Below, in pieces: positions 39,326 through 53,628 of a stretch of 64,000 bases of DNA. The notes under the pieces are model-generated. The model ran no database searches, was not told where the DNA came from, and worked only from the letters and a program-made list of their open reading frames with translations. Position 1 is the first letter of the stretch, and each line of letters starts with the position of its first letter. Origin of the DNA: Neocallimastix sp. 'constans' (taxonomy: Eukaryota). The stretch is taken from the NCBI GenBank assembly GCA_050613775.1, contig JBODTK010000132.1, positions 186,001-250,000 on the forward strand. The letters are read 5' to 3'. A program made the translations under genes and the position numbers.

Positions 39326-41927
39326 TAAATATATTAATAAATTTTTTTTAAAATTAAAATAATATTAAACTTTACTAAAAATATATGAAAATTTACATTT
39401 TGGAATTTCAAAATTTTATTTATTATTAATTTTTTATTAGTATTTTAATTTTAAATTAGTTAACTATTATTTTATTAATTGCTTATTGAACTACATAAAT
39501 TTTAATTATATAAATATTTTATTTTATGTACTATTACATTAATGTTCTATGTATACAAAAAATTTTATATTTGTTTAATAGTTGTTAAGTATATATAAAT
39601 AAATTAATATAAATAAAAATATATTTATTAGTATATTATTTAAGCACATTAAAATATTCATAAAATTAAAATATTCGAAATTTACACTTTTAATCTAATA
39701 TATAATAATATACATTAATATATTTGAATGCATTTGCATATAATAAATTTATTTAATAAATTTTATTTAAAATATTAAAAGATAATATATTTTAACATAT
39801 TTTAAATAAACAATATTGAAATTATTGTTTATTCATTTTCCATTTTTTTAAATATTATTATTAACTTTTATGTTTAGAATTAATAATTAAAGCTATTTTA
39901 ATTAAAAAAATAATAATAAATGATGATTGTTTCATTGTAGATATTAAGGATGATCTGTATCCCTTGTAGATGATTTGATTTCCTTCAATTGATTGTTTTA
40001 CAAATTGAATAAAAATACTTTATTTATTTATTAATTTAAATAATTTAAATATCTGAAAAAACATTAAATAATTAAAAATAATATAAAATGCTAATTAACT
40101 GTAACTCAATTCAGTTTTTTTTAATAAATAATTATAAAAAAAAATATATATATTACTTTTATTACTTTTTTCCCATTAATAACCCAAAAAGAAACCTTAA
40201 TTATTAAAAAAATAAATTTATTAATAATCATGTGAAAACAAATTTTTAAATATGATAAGAATAAACATGATGATATAAAATAAAATAGTTAATAAATTTA
40301 TGTCAAGACATAAATTTATTTTAGATCATTATTTTATGTAGACATTAACTTGTACATAATTTTTTTTTTTTGATAATATAAGTAAATAATTTTTTTTTTC
40401 TTTAAAAATTTTTACTTATTTTAATAATATAAAAAAATATATATATGAAAATATATTTTATATTATTTTCTTATACTTTAATAATAAATAAATAAATATT
40501 TTAAATAGTTAATTAAAATCATAAGAATACTTTATATATTAGTTTGAAGGGAATTAAATATATAAAAATAAATGTATGTCATTTTAATTATTCAGTGCTT
40601 CTTGCCAATTTAATTTACTTTATATTAACATTGAATAAAAACATATTATTAATTAATAGAATTTCTCCCCAAAAAGAAAATTTTGATTATTAAACAATAT
40701 TTGATTAAATATTAAAAAAATAAATTATTTAATCAATTTAATGAATTTTTATGTTTTGCAATAAATAAAAAAATTATAAATAATAATAATAAAAAAAAAA
40801 TATTAGTATTTAATATTAAGATACAATTATTGATGTTATCCATTAATATATTGTAATATCAATTAGTCATAAATAAGACTATATCATTTTCTAATTAATA
40901 TCATCCTTATTAATTTTTTTATATTATATTTTACCGTCTCAATTAAAAGATCCACTCTATTTTAAAAAATATTATATATATTTATTAATTATTCATATTT
41001 TCCAAAATATAACAATATTAAGGTTTTAGTTTAATTTTGATTTATACATATTATTTATATCTTTTATTATATAAAAAATATAAATAATATGTATAAATCA
41101 AAATTTCAATAATAAAATTAGAAAGATTTCATTAATTATAAATTGTTATTTTTTATTTTATTTCTATTGTTTATATATATAATATTAAAATATTTATTCA
41201 TCTATAAAAATTAGGTATAATATTTATTTTAATATCTGTAATATTAAAATAAGTATTATAAAAATATCATATCTATTATTCTTATAAAATATAGGATAAA
41301 TATATATATATAATTTCTTATATAAAAACTAAAATGAAAAGTGGAAATTAATCTTTTCTTTTTGTATATTTTATTAATAATAATATTATTTTTTTTAATT
41401 ACTATATTTTGTTTCGGTTTCATTATTTACATAATAATGATTATTATATTTATTCTTAAAAAAAATTTTTTTAAAATATTGATAATGATATATTTATTAA
41501 TTATTAATTTAAAATAATATAAAAAATAAAATATTGTTCAATTGATGATATAAATATATCTTTATTTCTTTTTATTATTATTTAAAAATATTGTCTCAAT
41601 TTATTATTAATTATTAACTTTTTTAATTAATTTAATATTTACCATTTTTTAAAACATAATATTAAAATAAATCCTTTTGATTTTTTTTTATGAATTGGCC
41701 GATTATGCCAAAAATTGAAATTAAAAAATTTTCTATATTAAATGACCCAAAACTATAAACTTTTCGAATATCCTTTTTTTTAAATTAAAAAAAAAAAAAA
41801 AATAAAATGAACTAATATAATATGAAATAAAATGAAATAAAAAAAATTAAATAAAATTAAATAATATATAATAAAAAAGCAATATATTATATTATATTTA
41901 TATTAAAAATAAATTAAAAATTAAATT

Positions 41928-42535
41928 AATATTTTAAGTTTTAATAATAGTTTCAGTAGATGTTTTCCTTAGAGAAGCTATTAAAGATTTCAGAATTGGT
42001 GTTTCTTCCAACACTTTAAGATTTAATGATGAAGCTTATCTCGAAATTGTTAATCAATTCAATTATATGGCTGCTGAAAATGGATGTAAATTATTAGGAA
42101 TTCAACTAGAAAAGAGAGTTTTCACTTAAAGGTATGATTATGTCACATAAAGTATGAATGATAATTCTGTTTACAACTTTGTTAAAGTTTGACTTGTAAA
42201 GTATATCCATTTTAGGGATTTGAGCTTCAAGTCAAACTTTATGGAGAAGGTCTTAAGGATTGCTTAGATAGTGAAAATTGTATTGGATTCCTCCTCTAGG
42301 GAGTCGGTGACAATGATAGTTGGAGAAAGAAAGGATATCCACTTTAAATTCCGATTACACTCCAAAACCAGCTTAATATGCTTTAGTTAACACCTTAAAA
42401 GAACACAATTCTTTTAAAAAAAGAGTGAAGAAAATATTAATGTTGTTGAATCCGAAAATAAAGAAGCAGAAAATGTTGATAACGATGATTTTGAAGAAGC
42501 TGAAGATAGTGTAGTTGGTGAAAAAAACAAAATAA
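41928..42535 (+). pseudogene. GH10 xylanase pseudogene with internal deletions
   Basis: LREAIKDFRIGVSSNTLRFNDEAYLE...MAAENGCKL, then KLYGEGLKDCLDSENCIGFLL*GVGDNDSWRK and a remnant acidic tail. Stops, frameshifts, and the catalytic core is deleted. Confidence 0.9.
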
Positions 42536-43501
42536 ATTAAAAATTAAATTAATGAATGTCCATTAAAATAAAAAATTAAAAATTATAAATAAAAATATTA
42601 ATCTAAATAATATATGAGAGACATATTAAAATTTAAGTATTAACTATTTATTAAAAAATAAAAAATTAATTCTTCTTAATAATAAAGTTAATAATTATTT
42701 TATATTATGAATTATTCTAAAAAAAATAAAAATAAAAATAAATATATATATATATATATATTTAAAATCTATGAAATAATTAAATCATTTATAAATAAAA
42801 ATTAAATTATTTTAAAGTGTATAATAGAAATACTTCTAAAAATAAATTTATTATACAAAAAGTATTTTTTAATCATAATATTTTTTTATTGTTATGACAA
42901 TAATAAAAATTGGATTTTTATATATTTAAAAAGTTAATAATTATATCCATTTAAATTTACTAATATTATAAAAGTATAATATCTATTTTAATAATATTTT
43001 ATAGCTAAAAAAATTTACTATTATTAATAATATACATAAAAAAATTGTAATAGATAAATAATGAACTTTTTATTTATGCCACAAAAGTTTAACATACCAA
43101 AATAATATTATTTGTATTTTTTTTAATTTTATTTATTTATTTATTATCAATTCAATAATTATTTATTATTAATTATTTCTATTATTATCTAATATTAGTG
43201 TTGTGATTAAAATTTAATGTGCTTTATGTTAGTAGAGAGAGAATAAAATATATAAATAAGAACAGTAAAATATGTACAAGCGATATTATACGCAACACTA
43301 AATGTTATTACATATTTCCTATAATAATTATTACTATACATTTATTTATATACTATTATATGATTAAGTATAAAAATTTGGAATTAAAGCAGTCAAAACT
43401 ATTAATTACAATATATTTCATTCATATCAATTATTTTTATTAATTATTATTATAAACTATACTATTACTATAATTGGATTATTATTATTATTATTAACAA
43501 T

Positions 43502-43785
<284 letters not shown>

Positions 43786-44281
43786 CCAATTATAATATTA
43801 TTTTTATTATTATTAGATTGTTAATAATTTTATTACTATATTTTATAATTGAAAAATTATTAATATTAATAATATCAATATTTTGATTTGATTTTATAAT
43901 AATATTAATTTTTAATTTTTAATAATTAATTTAATTTTTATAATTTTACTATATATCTGAAATAATACTAATATAACAATATATAATAATATTTATTTTA
44001 CATTTCATTTTTTATATAAATAATGTATATTATTTACTTTAAATACAAATTTACTATTATTTGAAAATATTTATTAAATTTTATTAAAGAATTTTATTAA
44101 TATAAATATTTAATTTATATAAATTATTTTCTCTTAATCGTCTCAGTTTAATATTTATCTTTCATTTTTAATATTAAATGTTTACCATGTATATCATCAA
44201 AAATCCTCAAAATTTTAAATGAATTTAATTGGTTAATTGTATTAAATATTTAAATTTAAATTTTTCGATATGTCAATATAC

Positions 44282-44351
44282 AAAACTATAAATACTCTTC
44301 AAAATTACTTAAATTTAAAAAACCAAATATCAACATCAACAAAGTAGATAT
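44282..44351 (+). promoter_or_regulatory. TATA-like element and conserved block AAATATCAACATCAACAAAGTAGATAT (possible TSS/5'UTR)
   Basis: Both blocks recur at 50599-50670 inside otherwise diverged flanks. Confidence 0.6.
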
Positions 44352-44493
44352 AATAAAAAAAAAAAAAATAAAAAAAAAAAAAAAAAAAGAAAGTAAAATT
44401 AATAATAGGAAAATAAATAAAAAAAAAATAAAATTAAATTAAATTAAATAAATAAAAATCTATAAATAAAATATAATATATAAGCATAAAAAA

Positions 44494-46722
44494 ATGAAAT
44501 TTTCCAATATTTTAAGTTTAATTGCTACTTCATCTGTAGCTTTAGCTGATGTTTCCCTTAGAGAAGCCGCTAAAGATTTCAGAATTGGTGTTGCTGCCAA
44601 TACTTTAAAATTTAATAATGAAGCTTATCTCGAAGCTGTTAATCAATTCAATTATATGGTTGCTGAAAATGGATGTAAATTATCAGGAATTCAACCACAA
44701 AAGGGAGTTTTCACTTTCGATGATTGTGATGCTCACTTAGCTAAGGCTGAAGAACTTGGAATGGATTTCAGAGGTCACTGTTTAATCTGGCACAGCTGGC
44801 AACCACAATGGTTCCAAGATATTACTGATTCAGAAGAAATGGAAAAGACTATTGTTAATCATGTTACTACTGTTTTAAATCATTACAAGGGAAAAATTGA
44901 TACTTGGGATATTGTTAATGAAGCTATTGATGATGAATCTACAGGAGAAAATGGTACTTGGGATATGCGTGATACTTTCCTTTACCGTGCTTTACCAAAC
45001 TTTGTTGATGTTGCTTTCAAAACTGCACGTGAAGTTGATCCATCTGTCAAATTATTCTATAATGATTATGATATTGAAGGAGATGATATTCGTAAAGGTA
45101 TGAAAACTAATGCAGTTTACAACTTTGTTAAAGATTTAGTTGATCGTGGAGTTCCAATTGATGGTGTTGGTCTCCAATATCACCTTCATACTGATAAGAC
45201 TGTTCAATATGATAATGTTATGAAAACTATGCGTAGATTCAAAGATTTAGGACTTGAAGTTCAAATCACAGAAATGGATGTCAACAGTGTTGAAGGAAAA
45301 ACTGAAGAATCATTTGCTTTACAAGCCAAACTTTATGGTGAAGGTCTTAAAGCTTGTTTAGATAGTGAAAACTGTACTGGATTCCTCATTTGGGGAGTTG
45401 GAGACAGTGATAGTTGGAGAAAAGAAGGATATCCACTTGCTTTTAATTCTGATTACACTCCAAAACCAGCATATTATGCTATGCTTGATGTCTTAAAGGA
45501 ATACAATAATATTGAAGATGAAGTTGAAACTGAAGCACCATCCGACGACAAACCAAGTGAACCAGTTAAAGATGAACCAGCCAAAGATGAAGAAGTTGAA
45601 GCAGTAAGAGATCTTGCTAATGGATTTAGAATTGGTGTTGCTGCCAATACTTTAAGATTCAATGATGAAGCATACATTAATGCCACTAAAAAGTTCAATT
45701 ATATGGTTGCCGAAAATGGATGTAAATTATCAGGAATTCAACCACAAAAGGGAGTTTTCACTTTCGATGATTGTGATGCTCACTTAGCTAAGGCTGAAGA
45801 ACTTGGAATGGATTTCAGAGGTCACTGTTTAATCTGGCACAGCTGGCAACCACAATGGTTCCAAGATATTACTGATCCAGAAGAAATGGAAAAGACTATT
45901 GTTAATCATGTAACTACTGTTTTAAATCATTACAAGGGAAAAATTGATACTTGGGATATTGTTAATGAAGCTATTGATGATGAATCTACAGGAGAAAATG
46001 GTACTTGGGATATGCGTGATACTTTCCTTTACCGTGCTTTACCAAACTTTGTTGATGTTGCTTTCAAAACTGCACGTGAAGTTGATCCATCTGTTAAATT
46101 ATTCTATAATGATTATGATATTGAAGGAGATGATATTCGTAAAGGTATGAAAACTAATGCAGTTTACAACTTTGTTAAAGATTTAGTTGATCGTGGAATT
46201 CCAATTGATGGTGTTGGTCTTCAATATCACCTTCATACTGATAAGACTGTTCAATATGATAATGTTATGAAAACTATGCGTAGATTTAATGAATTAGGAC
46301 TTGAAGTTCAAATCACAGAAATGGATGTCAACAGTGTTGAAGGAAAAACTGAAGAATCATTTGCTTTACAAGCCAAACTTTATGGCGAAGGTCTTAAAGC
46401 TTGTTTAGATAGTGAAAACTGTACTGGATTCCTCATTTGGGGAGTTGGTGATAGTGATAGTTGGAGAAAAGAAGGATATCCACTTGCTTTTAATTCTGAT
46501 TACACTCCAAAACCAGCATACTATGCTTTAGTTAACACCTTAAAGGAATACAATGCTGAGAAGAGTGAAGAAGATGTAGATGTTGTTGAATCTGACAATG
46601 AAGAAGCCGAAAATGTTGATAATGATAATGTTGAAGAAGTTGAAGATAGTGCAGATGAAGAAAATGCTGTTGAAGCTGATGTTGAAGATGCTGAAGATAG
46701 TGCAGATGATGAAGAAAATTAA
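44494..46722 (+). CDS. Secreted double-GH10 xylanase (742 aa) with acidic tail
   Basis: Signal peptide; two GH10 domains (1047-nt internal repeat), each with WDIVNE and QITEMD; E/P/K-rich linker; no dockerin or CBM. Confidence 0.95.
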   Translation: MKFSNILSLIATSSVALADVSLREAAKDFRIGVAANTLKFNNEAYLEAVNQFNYMVAENGCKLSGIQPQKGVFTFDDCDAHLAKAEELGMDFRGHCLIWHSWQPQWFQDITDSEEMEKTIVNHVTTVLNHYKGKIDTWDIVNEAIDDESTGENGTWDMRDTFLYRALPNFVDVAFKTAREVDPSVKLFYNDYDIEGDDIRKGMKTNAVYNFVKDLVDRGVPIDGVGLQYHLHTDKTVQYDNVMKTMRRFKDLGLEVQITEMDVNSVEGKTEESFALQAKLYGEGLKACLDSENCTGFLIWGVGDSDSWRKEGYPLAFNSDYTPKPAYYAMLDVLKEYNNIEDEVETEAPSDDKPSEPVKDEPAKDEEVEAVRDLANGFRIGVAANTLRFNDEAYINATKKFNYMVAENGCKLSGIQPQKGVFTFDDCDAHLAKAEELGMDFRGHCLIWHSWQPQWFQDITDPEEMEKTIVNHVTTVLNHYKGKIDTWDIVNEAIDDESTGENGTWDMRDTFLYRALPNFVDVAFKTAREVDPSVKLFYNDYDIEGDDIRKGMKTNAVYNFVKDLVDRGIPIDGVGLQYHLHTDKTVQYDNVMKTMRRFNELGLEVQITEMDVNSVEGKTEESFALQAKLYGEGLKACLDSENCTGFLIWGVGDSDSWRKEGYPLAFNSDYTPKPAYYALVNTLKEYNAEKSEEDVDVVESDNEEAENVDNDNVEEVEDSADEENAVEADVEDAEDSADDEEN

Positions 46723-47185
46723 ATTAGTTAAATTAATTTAACTAAAAATCTTTAAAAAAAAAAATAGATAATAAACAATAAAAATTAAAAATAAAAATTT
46801 TTAATCTAAATATAAAAATTTATATTAAATATGTTAGAATAAAACATAAATATAAACTTAATGTAATTATAATAAAAATAATTATTAAAAAATTTAATTA
46901 TTAATAAGAATATATATTCTGTAATGAATTATTGTAAATAAAATTTAATAAGAAAAAAAAAATTATTAAGAAAAAAAATAATAAAAAATAGTAAAAATAA
47001 AAATAAAAATACGAATATTAATTATTAAATGAAATTTAATTTTGTTTTGTGTTTTAAATCTTTTTATAAAGTAATTTTAAATTTATTTTACTTATTTAAT
47101 TTCTATTTCGTTTATTTTAATATTTGTTATATTTTTAAAAAATATAAAAATTAATTATATAATGTAATAATCTTTCGTTGAAAAA

Positions 47186-47288
47186 AAATAAAATAAAATA
47201 AAATAAAATAAAATAAAATAAAATAAAATAAAATAAAATAAAATAAAATAAAATAAAATAAAATAAAATAAAATAAAATAAAATAAAA
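47186..47288. repeat. (AAAAT)n microsatellite, about 20 units
   Basis: Direct reading. Confidence 0.9.
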
Positions 47289-47523
47289 TTAAAAATTTTA
47301 AAAAGAATTAGATATTTATATTTATATAAAAGTATTATTATTATTATAAAAATAATTATAGCTAATTTTTAATACTGATATAAATATATATTTTATTAAT
47401 GAACAAATATAAACATAAATAAAAAATAAAATAAAATAAAAAAATTACTAAGACATATACATTATTAGTTGTAATTTTGCTATACTGATTCGACATTTTT
47501 TTCTTTATCTATAGACAAGTGTA

Positions 47524-47744
47524 TGTAATATATATATATATATTTTACGTTTATTCTAAATACGCAGGCTTCAACTATACTTAACAGAAATGAATAAACA
47601 AAGCTTGAATATAGTCAAAGAATGCAAATAATACTTACCATAGCGAGGGAACTCCATCTTCATTAATAAAGAAAAGTTCCAAAAGGGAAAAAAAATAGAC
47701 TCATATAAGTTCAGAAAATAAGCGAGGCCGATTCAGATATTACA
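47524..47744. mobile_element. Possible solo LTR
   Basis: Locally higher-GC island bounded by TGTAATAT...ATATTACA. No clean target-site duplication was found. Confidence 0.3.
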
Positions 47745-48358
47745 TATGTTTATTTATTTATTTAATTATTTATTATTATAATATAATTATTTACTATTAA
47801 TATCATTAATTATTATTAATATTAACAATAAACCATTATTATTATTATTATTATAATTAATAATTATAATTACAATTATTACTATTGTTATTAATTAATA
47901 TTATTGAAAAAATATATGTACATAATATAAACAATTTTATCTCATATTTCATTTTTTTTTTATATATTTTGTATAATTATTAAAATTTGTTACTGAAATT
48001 AGAAACGACATAATATTATATATTTTCTTTTATATTTTTTTTTTATATAAATCCAATTTTTACTTATAAAATAAAATTAAACATCATTAATAGTCACTTA
48101 AAAAAGAATGTATGGTTTAAATTATTAATAATTAAGATACAATCATATAATATTTTACTATTATTTTAAAATTTACTTGAAATTAAATAATTTTACTTTA
48201 TTAACATTGTAATTTCAACTTTTATGAATTTATATATATTATATATACTGTTTAATTATAATATTTTATTATTTAATATTATATATTAAGTATCTACCAT
48301 AATTTAAAAAGTTATTAAAAAAATACTTAAATTTTTTTTAAATGGTATCAATACTTAT

Positions 48359-48916
48359 AAGATTCAACAATAAGACTTATCTCGAAGCTGCTTAGTAATT
48401 TAATTATATGGCTGCTGAAAACGGATGTAAATTATCAGGAATTCAACCAGAAAAGGGTGTTTGCACTCTCGATAAATGTTATACTCACTTAGATAAAGCT
48501 GAAGAATTTGGAGTGGATTTCAGAAGTCACTGCTTAATCTGGCACAAATGACAACCACAATGGCTCCAAGATATTGCTGATCCAGAAGAAATAGTAAAGA
48601 CTATAGTTAATCAAGTTGCTAAAGTATGAAAACTAATGCTATTTACAACTTTATTAAAGATTTAGTTTAACTCGGAATTCCAATTAATAGCGTTGGTCCT
48701 CAAAATCACCTTTACATTGATAAGACTATTCAATATGATAATGCCATGAATCTATTCGTAGATTCAAAGATTTAGGTCTTGAAGTTCAAATCATTGAAAT
48801 AGATGTCAGTAGTGTTGAAGAAAAATGTTGATAATAATAATGCTGAAGACACTAAGCTGAAGATACTACTGATGAAGAAAATATTATTGATGCTGATGGC
48901 TAAGAAAACAAAATAA
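48359..48916 (+). pseudogene. GH10 xylanase pseudogene with internal deletions
   Basis: [17 protein letters not shown]...FRSHCLIWHK*QPQW...GLEVQIIEIDVSSVE and a remnant acidic tail. Stops and frameshifts; the WDIVNE region is deleted. Confidence 0.9.
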
Positions 48917-50590
48917 ATGAAAAATTAAATTAACAAATATCCATTAAAATAAATAAATAGAAAAAAATTTATAATTAAAAAAAATTATTAATTAAATACA
49001 TTAAAATTAAATATAAATATATTATAATTATACCATTAATGATAATTTGTTAATTTATAATACAAATATGAATATATATTTTAAAATAAATTACTGTATA
49101 TAAAAAAAATTAATAAAAATATAATAAAAAATATTTATTAAAAAATAATAATCATTTTTAATATATATTTTTTATTATATTTTTATTAAGTGTATTTTTT
49201 TTTTTTTTTTTATTATTTTTTATTTTTTATTTTTTGAAAGTAAATTTAAATTAATATTATTTACATTTAATTATTATATAATATTATTAATTATTTTAAC
49301 TTTACAAAAATTATAGAATTTATATATATATATTATATTTTAATTTCTATTGTTAATAATATTATCATTTTAAAATTAAATATTTAATAAAATTTTTTTT
49401 CTTTATTTAATTAAAAATAATAATAAACTTTAGAAAAAAAATTTAAACTAAATTAGTAAAAACAATTAATAATATGAAAAAAAAAAAAAAAAAAAAAAAA
49501 CAAATTGAAATGAATAAATAATAAACTTTGTTTTATAAATTAAAATTTAATTAATAAAATAAATTAAAAATAAAAAGAATTAAAAATCATATAGTATAAT
49601 GTTGTGTAGCAATGTGTAATATTAATAAAAATAATTAATATTGTAAATACTTGAGATTTCATATGTTTTAAATTTTTAATTTTTATTTATATATTTATAT
49701 TAATTATATTTTTATATTTATTTAATATTTATTTATTTTTTGATTATTCATTTATTATTTTTTCTAATTTCTTTATTTATGAATTTATTTATACATTAAT
49801 TATTAATTTTTAATATTTATTTAATATTTATTTATTTATTTATTATTTTACCTAATTATTTATTAATCTATTTATTTTTTATTTATTTATTATTTATTTA
49901 TATACTTGCTTATTATTATTATTATTATTATCATTATTATTATAACTATTTATAATTAATTGTTTTTCTAATAATTTTCAGTTAATTGTTAAATAATTAA
50001 TAAACTATTATTATTAATAATTACTATTACTATTATTACTATTATTACTATTATTTCTATTATTACTATTATTAATTATTATTATTAATTATTATTATTT
50101 TATATTATTAAAAATAACCATGTTTATCATGCTTATATTATATATTAAAATTAATTTTTAATATCATAGTTTATATTTTTTTTATTTTTTCAATATTGTT
50201 TCATAATAATTAAAATTTTGTTCCTGAATTAATATCAATATAATATTAATGTTATTTTATTTATTATACATTTAATATAAAATCAAATTTTATTTAAAAA
50301 AAAACTTAACCAGTGTTAATTAATAAGGTTAAATTTCTAATTTCAATTTTGATAAATACAATATTTAAGCAAAGACTTATTTTTAATATGATTAACAATG
50401 GTATTTCAATTTTTATTAATTATTCTTTTTATATTGTTCCCAATTTAATAATTTATCTTTCATCATCTTTATATATTAATGTCTACCATTATTATCATCA
50501 AAATTTAAATAAATAGAATTTTTAAATGAATTTTATTGGCTGATTATATTAATTATTTATATTTAAAGTTTAAAATTTATTGTTTTAAGA

Positions 50591-50670
50591 AATGACCCAA
50601 AACTATAAATACTTAGATAAATTATTTCAATTTTTAAAACATTAAATATCAACATCAACAAAGTAGATAT
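50591..50670 (+). promoter_or_regulatory. AATGACCCAAAACTATAAATAC TATA-like element and conserved downstream block
   Basis: AATGACCCAAAACTATAAA also lies at 41741-41759, upstream of the first pseudogene. Confidence 0.6.
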
Positions 50671-50674
50671 TTAA

Positions 50675-50705
<31 letters not shown>

Positions 50706-50782
50706 TTAAAAATAAAATAGAAAAGTAAATTCATAAAATAAAATATTATATTATAAAAGACATATAATAAATTAATTTAAAA

Positions 50783-53011
50783 ATGAGATTTAATAATATT
50801 TTAAGTTTAATTGCTACTTCATCTGTAGCTTTAGCTGATGTTTCCCTTAGAGAAGCCGCTAAAGATTTCAGAATTGGTGTTGCTGCCAATACTTTAAAAT
50901 TTAATAATGAAGCTTATCTTGAAGCTGTTAATCAATTCAATTATATGGTTGCTGAAAATGGATGTAAATTATCAGGAATTCAACCACAAAAGGGAGTTTT
51001 CACTTTCGATGATTGTGATGCTCACTTAGCTAAGGCTGAAGAACTTGGAATGGATTTCAGAGGTCACTGTTTAATCTGGCACAGCTGGCAACCACAATGG
51101 TTCCAAGATATTACTGATCCAGAAGAAATGGAAAAGACTATCGTTAATCATGTTACTACTGTTTTAAATCATTACAAGGGAAAAATTGATACTTGGGATA
51201 TTGTTAATGAAGCTATTGATGATGAATCTACAGGAGAAAATGGTACTTGGGATATGCGTGATACTTTCCTTTACCGTGCTTTACCAAACTTTGTTGATGT
51301 TGCTTTCAAAACTGCACGTGAAGTTGATCCATCTGTCAAATTATTCTATAATGATTATGATATTGAAGGAGATGATATTCGTAAAGGTATGAAAACTAAT
51401 GCAGTTTACAACTTTGTTAAAGATTTAGTTGATCGTGGAGTTCCAATTGATGGTGTTGGTCTCCAATATCACCTTCATACTGATAAGACTGTTCAATATG
51501 ATAATGTTATGAAAACTATGCGTAGATTCAAAGATTTAGGACTTGAAGTTCAAATCACAGAAATGGATGTCAACAGTGTTGAAGGAAAAACTGAAGAATC
51601 ATTTGCTTTACAAGCCAAACTTTATGGTGAAGGTCTTAAAGCTTGTTTAGATAGTGAAAACTGTACTGGATTCCTCATTTGGGGAGTTGGAGACAGTGAT
51701 AGTTGGAGAAAAGAAGGATATCCACTTGCTTTTAATTCTGATTACACTCCAAAACCAGCATATTATGCTATGCTTGATGTCTTAAAGGAATACAATAATA
51801 TTGAAGATGAAGTTGAAACTGAAGCACCATCCGACGACAAACCAAGTGAACCAGTTAAAGATGAACCAGCCAAAGATGAAGAAGTTGAAGCAGTAAGAGA
51901 TCTTGCTAATGGATTTAGAATTGGTGTTGCTGCCAATACTTTAAGATTCAATGATGAAGCATACATTAATGCCACTAAAAAGTTCAATTATATGGTTGCC
52001 GAAAATGGATGTAAATTATCAGGAATTCAACCACAAAAGGGAGTTTTCACTTTCGATGATTGTGATGCTCACTTAGCTAAGGCTGAAGAACTTGGAATGG
52101 ATTTCAGAGGTCACTGTTTAATCTGGCACAGCTGGCAACCACAATGGTTCCAAGATATTACTGATCCAGAAGAAATGGAAAAGACTATTGTTAATCATGT
52201 AACTACTGTTTTAAATCATTACAAGGGAAAAATTGATACTTGGGATATTGTTAATGAAGCTATTGATGATGAATCTACAGGAGAAAATGGTACTTGGGAT
52301 ATGCGTGATACTTTCCTTTACCGTGCTTTACCAAACTTTGTTGATGTTGCTTTCAAAACTGCACGTGAAGTTGATCCATCTGTTAAATTATTCTATAATG
52401 ATTATGATATTGAAGGAGATGATATTCGTAAAGGTATGAAAACTAATGCAGTTTACAACTTTGTTAAAGATTTAGTTGATCGTGGAATTCCAATTGATGG
52501 TGTTGGTCTTCAATATCACCTTCATACTGATAAGACTGTTCAATATGATAATGTTATGAAAACTATGCGTAGATTTAATGAATTAGGACTTGAAGTTCAA
52601 ATCACAGAAATGGATGTCAACAGTGTTGAAGGAAAAACTGAAGAATCATTTGCTTTACAAGCCAAACTTTATGGCGAAGGTCTTAAAGCTTGTTTAGATA
52701 GTGAAAACTGTACTGGATTCCTCATTTGGGGAGTTGGTGATAGTGATAGTTGGAGAAAAGAAGGATATCCACTTGCTTTTAATTCTGATTACACTCCAAA
52801 ACCAGCATACTATGCTTTAGTTAACACCTTAAAGGAATACAATGCTGAGAAGAGTGAAGAAGATGTAGATGTTGTTGAATCTGACAATGAAGAAGCCGAA
52901 AATGTTGATAATGATAATGTTGAAGAAGTTGAAGATAGTGCAGATGAAGAAAATGCTGTTGAAGCTGATGTTGAAGATGCTGAAGATAGTGCAGATGATG
53001 AAGAAAATTAA
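50783..53011 (+). CDS. Secreted double-GH10 xylanase (742 aa), near-identical to 44494-46722
   Basis: By eye the proteins differ only at MKFS/MRFN and ITDS/ITDP. Confidence 0.95.
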   Translation: MRFNNILSLIATSSVALADVSLREAAKDFRIGVAANTLKFNNEAYLEAVNQFNYMVAENGCKLSGIQPQKGVFTFDDCDAHLAKAEELGMDFRGHCLIWHSWQPQWFQDITDPEEMEKTIVNHVTTVLNHYKGKIDTWDIVNEAIDDESTGENGTWDMRDTFLYRALPNFVDVAFKTAREVDPSVKLFYNDYDIEGDDIRKGMKTNAVYNFVKDLVDRGVPIDGVGLQYHLHTDKTVQYDNVMKTMRRFKDLGLEVQITEMDVNSVEGKTEESFALQAKLYGEGLKACLDSENCTGFLIWGVGDSDSWRKEGYPLAFNSDYTPKPAYYAMLDVLKEYNNIEDEVETEAPSDDKPSEPVKDEPAKDEEVEAVRDLANGFRIGVAANTLRFNDEAYINATKKFNYMVAENGCKLSGIQPQKGVFTFDDCDAHLAKAEELGMDFRGHCLIWHSWQPQWFQDITDPEEMEKTIVNHVTTVLNHYKGKIDTWDIVNEAIDDESTGENGTWDMRDTFLYRALPNFVDVAFKTAREVDPSVKLFYNDYDIEGDDIRKGMKTNAVYNFVKDLVDRGIPIDGVGLQYHLHTDKTVQYDNVMKTMRRFNELGLEVQITEMDVNSVEGKTEESFALQAKLYGEGLKACLDSENCTGFLIWGVGDSDSWRKEGYPLAFNSDYTPKPAYYALVNTLKEYNAEKSEEDVDVVESDNEEAENVDNDNVEEVEDSADEENAVEADVEDAEDSADDEEN

Positions 53012-53386
53012 ATAAATTAAAATTAAATTAACGAATATACATAAGAATAGATAAAAATAGTTTGTAATAAAAATTGAAATTATTAATTTAAAAAATGAGT
53101 ATTATATAAACTATATTAAAATTGATGATAAAGCAAGTTATAAAATATTAAATAATAAGTTATTGTAAATAATAAAAAATTTATTTTAATAAACTAAATA
53201 AATAATAATAATAAAAAATAATAATAATAAAAAATAATAATAATAAATAATATAATTATTATGAAAGTAATGGTATATTGAAGTGTATTATATAAATAAT
53301 TTTAAAAATTTATTATATTATTTTTAATAAATTATAATTTTTAATATGATTTATTGATTATTTATTTATAATACTTCTCTCTTAAC

Positions 53387-53424
<38 letters not shown>

Positions 53425-53628
53425 TATATTATTTATTATTTATTATTATTTATTATTTATTATTTATTATTTATTATTTTAAAAAAAATCTTTAAAATTA
53501 TTTATTTGGTTATTATTTATTTATTATTAATTATTATTATTAATTAATATTAATTTTTTTCTTTTTTTTTTTTTTTTTATTTATGTTAAAATTTAATAAA
53601 ATACAATAATATTTAAATTATTCTATTT

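Noticed and set aside
47631..47700. ATACTTACC resembling the U1 snRNA 5' end
   Set aside because: It continues ATAG rather than TGG, and no U1 stem-loops or Sm site are evident.
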